From: Lysobacterales bacterium
Lineage (GTDB): Bacteria; Pseudomonadota; Gammaproteobacteria; Xanthomonadales; SZUA-5
NCBI GenBank assembly: GCA_022844165.1
Contig: JALHMH010000017.1
Span: 1-64,000, forward strand
Direction of reading: 5' to 3'
Length of the DNA stretch: 64,000 nt
Program-made: the position numbers and the translations under genes
Notes under the pieces: generated by a model
The model's input: the letters and a program-made list of their open reading frames with translations, nothing else
Told to the model about the DNA's origin: nothing
Databases searched by the model: none
Shown: positions 55,442-64,000 of the stretch, in pieces
How the letters are laid out: every line of letters starts with the position of its first letter
Position numbering within the stretch: the first letter of the stretch is position 1

Positions 55442-56293
55442 CTAACGAGGTTCGCTTTCCAGAAATGCGTTGAATTCGGCGCATCTCGCGGCCAGATTGT
55501 GTGCATTGGCCGTCAGCGGCTCGCCGCCGGTGACGTTGAGCGGGCGCGCGCGGGGGAAAAATGGCATCAGGTCGCCACTGGCCAGCACAGGAATCTGGAC
55601 GGAACTGAGCCGTTGCAACAGTGGATAGTCCAGTGCTGCACGTAGCAACGCACCTGCACGATTGAGAGACTTGAGCACTTCCAGGGCCTTGATATGCAGT
55701 AGCTCCGGGGAGGGCATGTCCATCATGCGACGATGCGCGGCATCGCGCGCGTACCATGGGTAAAACAAGTACTGGTCGCGCACCAGATGCCAGACCTCAT
55801 GGAACTGCGTTCCCATCCAGTCGATGCGGAATTCCGGGATGTATCGTTGCGCCAGTTCCGCCGCTTGATCGGCGCTGGCGACGGCCACGCCGTCAAGGAT
55901 CAGCGCTTTGGCCCGGCTCGGATTTTGACACGCCATCTCCACTGCGACCCGCGCGCCCGCCAAGGTGCCGTAAATGGCGCATTCACTGATTCGCGCCGCA
56001 TCCAGCGCGGACCACAGTACGTTCGCATGACGATCGATGGCGGCTGGCATCGGTGCAGAATCGCCCATGCCGGGCAGGTCGATGGCGATGACGCGGCGCT
56101 GTTCGCTCAGCAATTGCGCCAATGGCAGCAACATTCGTGCGCTGCCCGGTGCGGCGTGCAGCATCAGGAGCGGTATTGCGGCGCCGCGACGGTGTCCAAA
56201 CGCCGGTGCCGAGTCGGACACGCCGTCGCCCGCGTGGGTCGAATCCCACGCGTGCAACTGGCCTTCTGGCAAGTCGATGAAGCGTCGTCTCAT
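55442..56293 (-). CDS. Alpha/beta hydrolase-fold protein with atypical elbow
   Basis: LHAAPGS, DLPGMGDS, elbow YGTLAG. Confidence 0.8.
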   Translation of the reverse strand: MRRRFIDLPEGQLHAWDSTHAGDGVSDSAPAFGHRRGAAIPLLMLHAAPGSARMLLPLAQLLSEQRRVIAIDLPGMGDSAPMPAAIDRHANVLWSALDAARISECAIYGTLAGARVAVEMACQNPSRAKALILDGVAVASADQAAELAQRYIPEFRIDWMGTQFHEVWHLVRDQYLFYPWYARDAAHRRMMDMPSPELLHIKALEVLKSLNRAGALLRAALDYPLLQRLSSVQIPVLASGDLMPFFPRARPLNVTGGEPLTANAHNLAARCAEFNAFLESEPR

Positions 56294-56874
56294 GGAACAG
56301 TCACCGCCGGCTCCGCGATCGGGTCAATGCGTACGATCGCACCGATGGCAGGGTGATCAAAATAGTGTGTCTCGCCGGACAAGACGACGCGCTTTTCCTT
56401 GAGTCGGAAGCGGTTCAAGGCACCAGCCGCAGCAGTGCGTAAAATTGCGTCCAGGTCGACTTCGATTCCTCGTCCAATGCGTACTTGCACGTCGCCATCC
56501 AGTTCTGGCATTGAGGCCGCAAGCACGCCGCGGGCAGCGTCTGCGCCTTGCACCATTTTTTCGCCACGCAGGCGGACGCTGCGGTTGCTGGCGTCCTGGA
56601 CCCACGAGGTATGCACCAGCGTTCGTGTGCGCGCGTGCCGCGCGAGCGCTTCGAAAGCCTCGGACAAGCGGCGCCGGTCGTTCGGCAATACGGAGTAAAG
56701 TTCCCCGCCGGCTCCCATCAGCATCCCGTCGAAGTCCGGTTCCGCATCGTCTTTGGTTAATGCCGCACTGGCATCAGGATTGTTGTAGGCAAACACCAAT
56801 ACCTCGACCTGATAGCGATCGCTTTGAGCGTGCGCCGTTTGCGACAACAGCAGGAGCAGTAACCAAAAGCGCAT
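56290..56874 (-). CDS. CsiV-like periplasmic protein
   Basis: Signal peptide, YQVEVLVF, HTSWVQ, ETHYFDHP. Confidence 0.8.
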   Translation of the reverse strand: MRFWLLLLLLSQTAHAQSDRYQVEVLVFAYNNPDASAALTKDDAEPDFDGMLMGAGGELYSVLPNDRRRLSEAFEALARHARTRTLVHTSWVQDASNRSVRLRGEKMVQGADAARGVLAASMPELDGDVQVRIGRGIEVDLDAILRTAAAGALNRFRLKEKRVVLSGETHYFDHPAIGAIVRIDPIAEPAVTVP

Positions 56875-56959
56875 ATCTGGAGATCCTCTGACACATCGTT
56901 GAGAAACAGGTGCTAGATCCATGAGCGAAACATCCCTGGTTCGCACCACAGGCCGTTTC

Positions 56960-57985
56960 TCAACAGCCCGCCAAAGACGGGTGCAGCATAACTTCATCAA
57001 GGACTTTAGAAACGCCTGAGCCGAACCGCGCGCGATAGGCGCCAGGGGAGATGCCAGCAACGCGTTTGAAGGCAACCCGGAAGGTCTCGACTGACTCGTA
57101 TCCGCAGCGGCTGCCGATTTGTTCGATCGATAAGCAGGTGGTTTCGAAGAGTTCCCGCGCCCGGGCGACGCGTTCGCGGTTCAACCAGGCGCCGGGCGAG
57201 ATGCCCATGTGCCGCTGAAAGTGGCGCGTAAAACTGCGTTCGCTCATGAGCGCGCGCCGTGCCAGTTCCGTTACGCTGTCGATTTGATCGAGATGCAGGC
57301 GAGCTTCCGACAACGTGCGATCAAACGCCGAGCGTCGACCCTTCGATTGATCCGGTACCGGGACCTCGACGAATTGCGCCTGTCCACCCTCGCGGTGCGG
57401 CGAGCAGACCATGCGCCGTGCGACCTTGTTGGCGACCTGGGCGCCGAAATCGCGGCGGACCAGATGCAGGCAAGCATCAATGCCCGCCGCCGAGCCGGCG
57501 CTGGTAATGACATTGCCCTCGTCGACGTACAGCACATCATCCTCAAAACGGACGTTCGGAAAGCGTTCGCCAAAGCGCGCGCTGTAAAGCCAGTGGGTGG
57601 TCGCGCGTCGACCATCGAGCAGGCCGGCTTCGGCCAGAACGTAAGCGCCTGAGCAAATCGACAAGAAACGCGCGCCGCGCCGCTGGGCGGCGTGCAGCGC
57701 CCGCTTCAATCTTGGTGGTATGGGTTGGTCCATCGTGGCCCAACCTGGCGCAATGATGGTGTGTGCGGTGTCGATCGCTGCGAACGGAGCAGTGGGGCGA
57801 ATCTCAACGCCGCCGACGCCTCGAATTCGCCCGGTTTCAGCGGCCACGATCTGCGTGTCGTACCAGTTCACGCCGAGGTTCGGCCGTTGCAGTGCAAACA
57901 CCTCGACGGCAATCGAGTACTCGAACACATGCAGGTTTCGATAGGCCAGGATGACGAGCGGTCCGCCGTGGGTTTGGAGCGGCAT
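56960..57985 (-). CDS. AraC/GlxA-family regulator (FtrA-like)
   Basis: SICSGA, ATTHW, TSAGSAAGID, REGGQAQF, double HTH. Confidence 0.92.
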   Translation of the reverse strand: MPLQTHGGPLVILAYRNLHVFEYSIAVEVFALQRPNLGVNWYDTQIVAAETGRIRGVGGVEIRPTAPFAAIDTAHTIIAPGWATMDQPIPPRLKRALHAAQRRGARFLSICSGAYVLAEAGLLDGRRATTHWLYSARFGERFPNVRFEDDVLYVDEGNVITSAGSAAGIDACLHLVRRDFGAQVANKVARRMVCSPHREGGQAQFVEVPVPDQSKGRRSAFDRTLSEARLHLDQIDSVTELARRALMSERSFTRHFQRHMGISPGAWLNRERVARARELFETTCLSIEQIGSRCGYESVETFRVAFKRVAGISPGAYRARFGSGVSKVLDEVMLHPSLAGC

Positions 57986-58007
57986 ATGGGTTCGCAGCAA
58001 ATCGATA

Positions 58008-58042
58008 TGGCTTAAAGTTACCACACAATGTCCTTTGCGCCA
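58008..58042. promoter_or_regulatory. Putative GlxA/FtrA-family operator
   Basis: TGGC 58008-58011, TGTC 58029-58032, GCCA 58039-58042 in the divergent gap. Confidence 0.4.
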
Positions 58043-58090
58043 GTACCCGATCCACTCCACTGCGACTAACTTATCGCATCTGCCGATGGG

Positions 58091-60568
58091 ATGGACACGA
58101 TGCGATTCTGCTGGCTGTTTCTGACGTTACTGTGTTCGCCGCTTGCGGCGCGCGATCTCGACATTCTGAACACAGCACTCGACCTCGATATTGAAGTGCG
58201 CAACAAGAGAGTGTCGGGGCGCGCAACGTTGATCGCACAACCCCTCGTCGCATCGTCATCGTTGACCTTGGATGCGGTTGCACTTGCCATCCGCGGCGTC
58301 ACGGTCGACGGCAGTGCCGTGGAATACACGATGGCGAATGGTCGCCTGCAAATTCGCCATCCGGTTATCACCGAACAGCCGCTGACCATCGTTGTCGATT
58401 ATGCCAGTCAGTGGCGCAACCAAACTGACCCTAATCTGCTGGGCGGCAGTAACGGAATCGGCATCCGCTTCTTCGGACCCACACACAGCGAGCCACGCGA
58501 GCGACGGCAAGCGTGGACATCATTCGAACCTAGTAGCGGCAAACACTGGTTCCCGACGCTCGACGCGGCGAGCGAGCGATTCGATTTCAAATTGACTGCT
58601 CGAGTCGAATCGCCGTTGCAGGTTCTGGCGATCGGCAAGCGCGAGCAGGTGCGCGACCTGGGTGCGGATCGGCGCGAGTATGTATATGTAGCGAACGCTC
58701 CTTTGCACGCCGATCAGGTTGGGTTCGTGGTTGGCGAGTACGTGGCGATCGAAGCCGGGCGACCGGGTATCCAGCACTACGCGTACCCGGATGAAGTCGA
58801 AGCAACCCGCGCGAGCATTGAGCGTTTCGACGATATGTTGGCGTACTTCGAGCGTCTGACCGGTGTGGCGTTTCCGCAGCCTGAATACCGTCAGGTATTT
58901 GTGCAGGATACGCCCTGGGGCATGGCGCTTCCGGGTCTTGCGATTCAGACTGAGAACATGGTCGATGATGCGCGTACGCATGGCGATTATCGGTATCTCT
59001 GGGACAGTCTTGCGGCTGAATCGCTGGTGCAGCAGTGGTTCGGCAATCATCTGACCGTGCGCGATCCGCGTGAAATATGGCTGATGCGCGGCTTGGCGCG
59101 GCACGTCGATGGGCTATATGTCGAACACAAGAACAGCCGCGCCGAGTGGCTGTTGTGGAACTTCAATTGGGAACAGGCGAGCGTGCTCGGCGATTGGCAA
59201 AATGGCTTGCGCGAAGCGCTGCGGCCGGCAGATCCCATCGAAGGATTTGGCGCCGGCAATACGCCGAATCTGCGGGGTTCGTTGTTGCTCAACCTGCTGC
59301 GCGATCAGCTCGGCGATGCGGCGTGGCGGCGCACGCTCCGCGTGTTCGCCACTGAGAACGCAGCTCGTCCGGTTCGTACCGAGGATTTACTGGACGCCAT
59401 CGAGGACGCCACCGGACGGCGTATGGACGCGTTTTTTTCGCAGTGGGTGTATGCCGTCGGGCAGCCCGATTTACTCGTCGAGAAGCACTACGATGCGGTT
59501 GCCGCGCGCCTGCACTTGCGCATCGAGCAGCGCCAGCAGATGTTGGTGTCAGCGGCGATGGACATCGAGATCGACGGCCGCATTGAACGGGTCATCGTGC
59601 CGGCGGAGAAGGTATTCGCTGTCGAGTGGCCACTTCTGAGCGCGCCGCGTTATGTCAATGTCGATGTCGAAGATGCCTGGATCAAGACCATCGAATATCA
59701 GCAAGACGCCGCCGAACTGATCGCCCAGGCGCGGTTCTCGAAAGACGTTGTGGCCGTGCGTCGCGCTAGCGCCGAACTGGTTAAGCGTGCGGCTGCCAAT
59801 GCAGCGCTCAAGCGCAAAGTCGAGCATATGCTCGTTGAGATCGCCAGCGACGAGACGCGTTATTGGCGTGCACGATACCTGGCGGTGCTGCAGCTCGGCG
59901 CTCTGCTCGGCCCTGATCCCATCGAGTTTGAAGCGACTACAGAGCGCGCGCTGTGGTCCATCGTCGAACGCAGCGGCGCGTGGTTGCGCAACGGCACACT
60001 GCTGACGCTTGGTCGCTCCCAGGATCCGCGGCATGCGCCGCTCTATCGCCGCTATCTGGACGATCCCAGCGACAGGGTGCTTAACGCTGCCGCGATTGCA
60101 CTGGGCCAGAGCGGCGCGCCCGGTGCGTTCGAGTCACTGGTCGAGTTTTCAGAACGTGCGTCATGGAAACAGCAGAGTCTCATCAGCGCGTTGTATGGCA
60201 TGGCTGAACTCAAGGATCCGCGCGGTGTCGATTTCGCTCTGCGTTGGCTGGAAGATGCCGATCCGCTGCCGCGCTGGACGTTGGCGACGCCGGTGTGGGA
60301 CTACCGATTGAGCGCCGCTCGCACGTTGGCAGCGCTGGGCGCCGGTGGGCGAGGCACGTCGGTCGTTGCGGCACGGCTGCGCAAAGCGCTGCGTGAGGAC
60401 GACATCGGCGATGTGTTCAACCAGGTTCTATTGTTGGCGACGCTTGCCGATCCTGGCGCTGTCAGGCACTTTGCCGCCGTGCGCGGTCGTTATGCGGATG
60501 ACGCCAATGCGCTCAGGGCGCTCAATGCCTTCGAGCAACAATTTCGGGCAGCATTGGTGCTGCCATGA
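58091..60568 (+). CDS. M1 aminopeptidase-fold protein with HEAT repeats, catalytic motifs lost
   Basis: Signal peptide, TLDAVAL.I..V, HWFPTLD, QWFGN.LT, FFSQWVY..G.P; HEXXH replaced by ESLVQ. Confidence 0.85.
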   Translation: MDTMRFCWLFLTLLCSPLAARDLDILNTALDLDIEVRNKRVSGRATLIAQPLVASSSLTLDAVALAIRGVTVDGSAVEYTMANGRLQIRHPVITEQPLTIVVDYASQWRNQTDPNLLGGSNGIGIRFFGPTHSEPRERRQAWTSFEPSSGKHWFPTLDAASERFDFKLTARVESPLQVLAIGKREQVRDLGADRREYVYVANAPLHADQVGFVVGEYVAIEAGRPGIQHYAYPDEVEATRASIERFDDMLAYFERLTGVAFPQPEYRQVFVQDTPWGMALPGLAIQTENMVDDARTHGDYRYLWDSLAAESLVQQWFGNHLTVRDPREIWLMRGLARHVDGLYVEHKNSRAEWLLWNFNWEQASVLGDWQNGLREALRPADPIEGFGAGNTPNLRGSLLLNLLRDQLGDAAWRRTLRVFATENAARPVRTEDLLDAIEDATGRRMDAFFSQWVYAVGQPDLLVEKHYDAVAARLHLRIEQRQQMLVSAAMDIEIDGRIERVIVPAEKVFAVEWPLLSAPRYVNVDVEDAWIKTIEYQQDAAELIAQARFSKDVVAVRRASAELVKRAAANAALKRKVEHMLVEIASDETRYWRARYLAVLQLGALLGPDPIEFEATTERALWSIVERSGAWLRNGTLLTLGRSQDPRHAPLYRRYLDDPSDRVLNAAAIALGQSGAPGAFESLVEFSERASWKQQSLISALYGMAELKDPRGVDFALRWLEDADPLPRWTLATPVWDYRLSAARTLAALGAGGRGTSVVAARLRKALREDDIGDVFNQVLLLATLADPGAVRHFAAVRGRYADDANALRALNAFEQQFRAALVLP

Positions 60569-60768
60569 GCCTGGCCATGCATGACGCCTGCCTGCGCTGC
60601 GCCTCGACGCTCGGATGCCAGAGTGCTGCGTACATTTGCAGCTACGAATGCACGTTCTGTGACCGCTGCGCCGGAGAGTTGGTGCAACGTTGTCCGAACT
60701 GCGGCGGCGATTTACAGCGCCGGCCGTTGCGCCCTGCCCCATCCACCGACCAGGAGCCAGCAGGATGA
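60565..60768 (+). CDS. DUF1272 Cys-rich protein
   Basis: ICSYECTFC..C, CPNCGG.L..RP. Confidence 0.9.
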   Translation: MSLAMHDACLRCASTLGCQSAAYICSYECTFCDRCAGELVQRCPNCGGDLQRRPLRPAPSTDQEPAG

Positions 60769-61211
60769 GTGAATCGATCGATATCGCGCGCACCAGCGAT
60801 CTGATGCCGTTGGCGAGCCTGTTTGATGCTTATCGGCAGTTCTACGGGAAGCCGGGAGACGTAGACGCGGCGCGGGCATTTCTCGCCGACCGAATGCACA
60901 GTGGTGAATCGCGAATTTTCGTCGCTCGCCAGGGCGATGGTATCGTTGGATTCACGCAGTTGTACCCGATTTTTTCCTCGGTATCGTTGCGCCGCGCGTG
61001 GCTCTTGAACGACTTGTATGTGGCATTGGATGCGCGCGGCCGCGGCGTTGCGGAGCGTTTGCTCAAGGCTGCGGTCGACCATGGGCGCGAAAGCGGTGCG
61101 GCCTGGTTAATGTTGCAAACCGGGCAAGACAATGACATCGCGCAGCGGCTCTATGAGCGCTGCGGTTGGCGGCGCGATGATACGTTCCTGAGTTACACGT
61201 TCTTGCTCTGA
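60765..61211 (+). CDS. GNAT acetyltransferase
   Basis: GFTQLYP.FSS, LNDLYV, RGRGVA, N..AQRLYE. Confidence 0.9.
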   Translation: MSESIDIARTSDLMPLASLFDAYRQFYGKPGDVDAARAFLADRMHSGESRIFVARQGDGIVGFTQLYPIFSSVSLRRAWLLNDLYVALDARGRGVAERLLKAAVDHGRESGAAWLMLQTGQDNDIAQRLYERCGWRRDDTFLSYTFLL

Positions 61212-61256
61212 CGCAATTGTCTGGCGATTCGCCAACGTTCTTCGACCACTACCCGG

Positions 61257-61934
61257 ATGCCACCCATGAAACCTGTGCTCTACGTCGGCAACATCAACTA
61301 CTCCAGCTGGTCGCTGCGCCCATTCATCGCGCTGCGGTGGGCTGGAATCGATTTCGACATGGTCGAAGTCAATCTCGATCAACCTGGTTATGGCGAATAC
61401 GCCATCGCTGAGATTTTGGCTTTTAATCCTGCCGGCAAAGTGCCGGCTCTGCGCGTAGGCGAAATTGTGATCGCCGATTCGCTGGCGATTGCCGAATGGG
61501 CCAGCGAAACCGGCAGATCGCTCTATCCACAAGACCCGTTGGAGCGCGCGATGGTGCGCTCTGTCGTGGCGGAAATGCACTCGGGTTTCGCCGCTGTGCG
61601 CCGGGATCTGTCGATGAATATTCGACGTCGTTGCAGAGCCTTTGGCCTGCCCGCCGACACGCTGCGAGACATCGCGCGACTCGACGCACTGTTCGCCGGC
61701 CACAGGCAACATCGGGACGGCCCATTCTTGTTTGGACAACGCACGCTTGCCGATGCGTTCTTCACCCCCGTCGCCACGCGCTTTCGCACGTACGGCATAG
61801 CGCTGTCGGCGGATGCACAAGCCTACTGCGATACGTTGTTGGCCGATGCTGCATTTCTTGAGTGGGAGCAAAAAGTACTGGCGCAACCGCACGCAGGATT
61901 CTCGCGTGCGCCGATCGATCAGTTGTACGCCTGA
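61257..61934 (+). CDS. Glutathione S-transferase
   Basis: NYSSWSLRP, GKVPAL, DSLAI, EMHSGF. Confidence 0.92.
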   Translation: MPPMKPVLYVGNINYSSWSLRPFIALRWAGIDFDMVEVNLDQPGYGEYAIAEILAFNPAGKVPALRVGEIVIADSLAIAEWASETGRSLYPQDPLERAMVRSVVAEMHSGFAAVRRDLSMNIRRRCRAFGLPADTLRDIARLDALFAGHRQHRDGPFLFGQRTLADAFFTPVATRFRTYGIALSADAQAYCDTLLADAAFLEWEQKVLAQPHAGFSRAPIDQLYA

Positions 61935-62262
61935 TGGCCCTGGAGTCATTGATGGAACCGAGATCTGGACGGTTGCGTCGAATTTTCAACAAAGCGATGT
62001 GGCAAGTACGCTGTCGAACGAAGCCAACGGTGCCAGGCGCTCTGAGGCGAAGCCTCGTTCGTAGCGAATTGCGAGTCGCGTCGGGTGCTTGATCTGGTGG
62101 GCAAACGAGGCGCTGGCGCGCCTCGCGGTTCGACGTGAGTGGCGCCAGCGCTGGACTTGCTTCGGACAACGCGAATAGCATCAAGTCGATGGTCATCTTC
62201 CGGAACGAACCGATGAAGGTCATGCCGGCGCGCTTTCGCCACGACAGGAGTGGAATGTCGCT

Positions 62263-62889
62263 ATGCCAGATCCAGCGCGCATTGACGCGATTTTGCGCCG
62301 AGCACCGGTGCTGCCGGTCATTAGTATCGACCGAATCGACGACGCCGAACCGTTGGCACGAGCGCTGGTGGCGGGCGGTTTGCCGGTGCTCGAAGTCACG
62401 CTCAGAAGCGCTGTTGCCTTAGCGGCAATCGAGCGAATGAGCCAGGTGCCGGGCGCAATCGTGGGTGCCGGCACTGTGCTGACGCCGGCAGATCTGGATG
62501 CCGTCGCGCGCGCGGGCGCCCTGTTCGCGATTTCGCCAGGCGCTACCCCGCGAATGTACCAGGCGGCGGCTCAGCACTCGTTGCCATGGTTGCCCGCAAT
62601 CGCGACGGCCAGCGAGTTGATGTTGGGACTGGAGCATGGTTACGAGCGATTTAAGTTTTTCCCGGCCGAATCGTCCGGTGGAATCGCTGCTCTGAAGTCC
62701 TTCGCCGGGCCGTTCGCGCGTGCGCGGTTTTGCCCGACCGGTGGCATCGACGCAGCGAAGTCCAGGCTTTACCGTGCATTGCCGAATGTCATCACGGTAG
62801 GTGGATCATGGATGGTGGCCGCCGCGCTGATGGAGCGCGGCGACTTTGCGGCGGTCGAACGCCTGGCGCGCGAGTCGCTGTGCGACTGA
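62263..62889 (+). CDS. eda: KDPG/KHG aldolase
   Basis: LEVTLR, GAGTV, KFFPA, CPTGG, GGSW. Confidence 0.93.
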   Translation: MPDPARIDAILRRAPVLPVISIDRIDDAEPLARALVAGGLPVLEVTLRSAVALAAIERMSQVPGAIVGAGTVLTPADLDAVARAGALFAISPGATPRMYQAAAQHSLPWLPAIATASELMLGLEHGYERFKFFPAESSGGIAALKSFAGPFARARFCPTGGIDAAKSRLYRALPNVITVGGSWMVAAALMERGDFAAVERLARESLCD

Positions 62890-62892
62890 GTG

Positions 62893-63207
62893 CTATTTCT
62901 TCGGCACGTAGGCTGCGCACCAGCCCTTTGCGGCGACCGATTTTCCTGGGAAGATGGCGCACGGGCGCAGTGCTTCACCCTCTTTGCCTTGCACCAGATT
63001 GCAGTTGTCGCAAATCTGCTCGTCTTTGTGGTTTGGATATTTGGCCTTGTCGACTTTCGTGGTGTCTGCCTTGTAGCCCAGAGCGGCAGCGGTAGCGTCA
63101 GACTCGCTAAGCTCCGGCAGAGTCTGCGCCACTGCGGCGCCGGCGCCGATGGCGGCACCCAATACGACAACATTGGTGATGAAACGGCGGCGGGTTTGCT
63201 TCGACAT
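62893..63207 (-). CDS. High-potential iron-sulfur protein (HiPIP) with Tat signal
   Basis: TRRRF signal, ALGY, CDNC...C.IFPGK.V...GWC. Confidence 0.92.
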   Translation of the reverse strand: MSKQTRRRFITNVVVLGAAIGAGAAVAQTLPELSESDATAAALGYKADTTKVDKAKYPNHKDEQICDNCNLVQGKEGEALRPCAIFPGKSVAAKGWCAAYVPKK

Positions 63208-63353
63208 GGCTAGAGTCCTTGGTGGCTGGTCGGAGATTTTCAGAGCATTCTGCGCACTCTCGATGAATGACAGCATGATCCAGGTCAATAGCGCATCGAA
63301 ACTTCGTGACTTCACCGCTATCGTTCAGATTCGGACGTAACGCGACGGTTGCC

Positions 63354-63986
63354 ATGCATACAATCGACCCCAAAGCGCTGGAGCGGGCAGCGCACGACAT
63401 CATGTTTGCAGGGCGCGAGTTTGCTGCGCGTGGCTGGACGCCAGCCACCAGCAGCAATTTTTCGGCGCGACTGTCGGACGAGTTGCTTGCCGTCACCGTT
63501 TCCGGCAAGGACAAGGGTGCGTTGACGCCAGCGGATGTGATGGTCGTGGATATGGCCGGTGCGCCGGTCAACGACACGCGGCGGCCGTCAGCCGAGACGC
63601 TGCTGCATTGCCATGCTTATCGCACGCGCGCCGATCTGGGTGCGGTGGTACATACACATTCCCTGGCGCAGACAATCGTCAGCAAGTTGTTCGCCGACCA
63701 GGGATTTGTGGAGCTTGGCGACTACGAACTGTTGAAGGCCTTCAGTGGCACATCGACGCATCAAACCAGCATCCGCATACCAGTGTTCGCCAACACACAA
63801 GACATGCACGAGTTGGCTGCGATCATTGCCGAGCACGAGCGCGTAACGCCGATACCGCACGGTTATCTGATTGAAGGCCATGGAATTTATACCTGGGGCA
63901 CAGACATGGCCGAGGCGCGACGGCAGCTCGATGCCTTCGAATTTTTGTTCCAATGCGAGTTGGAACTAAGGAAGTTACGCAAATGA
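63354..63986 (+). CDS. mtnB: Methylthioribulose-1-phosphate dehydratase
   Basis: GWTPATSSNFS, SAETLLH, HTHS, GHGIYTWG. Confidence 0.93.
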   Translation: MHTIDPKALERAAHDIMFAGREFAARGWTPATSSNFSARLSDELLAVTVSGKDKGALTPADVMVVDMAGAPVNDTRRPSAETLLHCHAYRTRADLGAVVHTHSLAQTIVSKLFADQGFVELGDYELLKAFSGTSTHQTSIRIPVFANTQDMHELAAIIAEHERVTPIPHGYLIEGHGIYTWGTDMAEARRQLDAFEFLFQCELELRKLRK

Positions 63987-64000
63987 GCCGACTACGGATA
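63983..64000 (+). CDS. mtnD: Start of probable acireductone dioxygenase (truncated by window end)
   Basis: ATGA overlap with mtnB, MSRLRI; usual mtnB-mtnD order. Confidence 0.55.

Noticed and set aside
61935-62262. Small gene or sRNA between GST and eda
   Set aside because: Candidate ORFs have no motif or clear start and I see no convincing structure; left unannotated.

Overview
The window has two parts. (1) 1..~16.7 kb is the right-hand part of a GC-rich prophage-like integrative element that ends at the 3' end of tRNA-Ala(CGC). It carries a RuvC-like nuclease, a TOPRIM/SF3 primase-helicase, a Cas4-like nuclease, an SSB-like protein, an AAA_24/Sak4-like ATPase, a BRO protein, two HTH proteins, a large serine recombinase with DUF2924, a frameshifted membrane-protein cargo gene, an XRE/ImmA switch and a divergent two-gene operon of unknown function. 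(2) 17..64 kb is host chromosome. It looks gammaproteobacterial, probably Xanthomonadales-like (inferred from zapA-6S-ygfA-EVE, folE2, a TPR Ser/Thr kinase and an LFANGFE motif). The most interesting locus is an arginine operon divergent from argR (argD, argF', argB, argH, argG, unknown gene, argC) with no argA, argJ or argE. Its transcarbamylase has the N-succinylornithine specificity signature (GDKAEH, Ala90). A DUF1611/DgcN-like P-loop protein is translationally coupled between argG and argC and is a candidate new glutamate N-acyl(succinyl)transferase. Also notable: tandem ARG boxes with a shortened core, and an M1 aminopeptidase homologue lacking its catalytic residues at the head of an operon divergent from an FtrA/GlxA regulator. 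All family assignments come from motif recognition; no database search was run.
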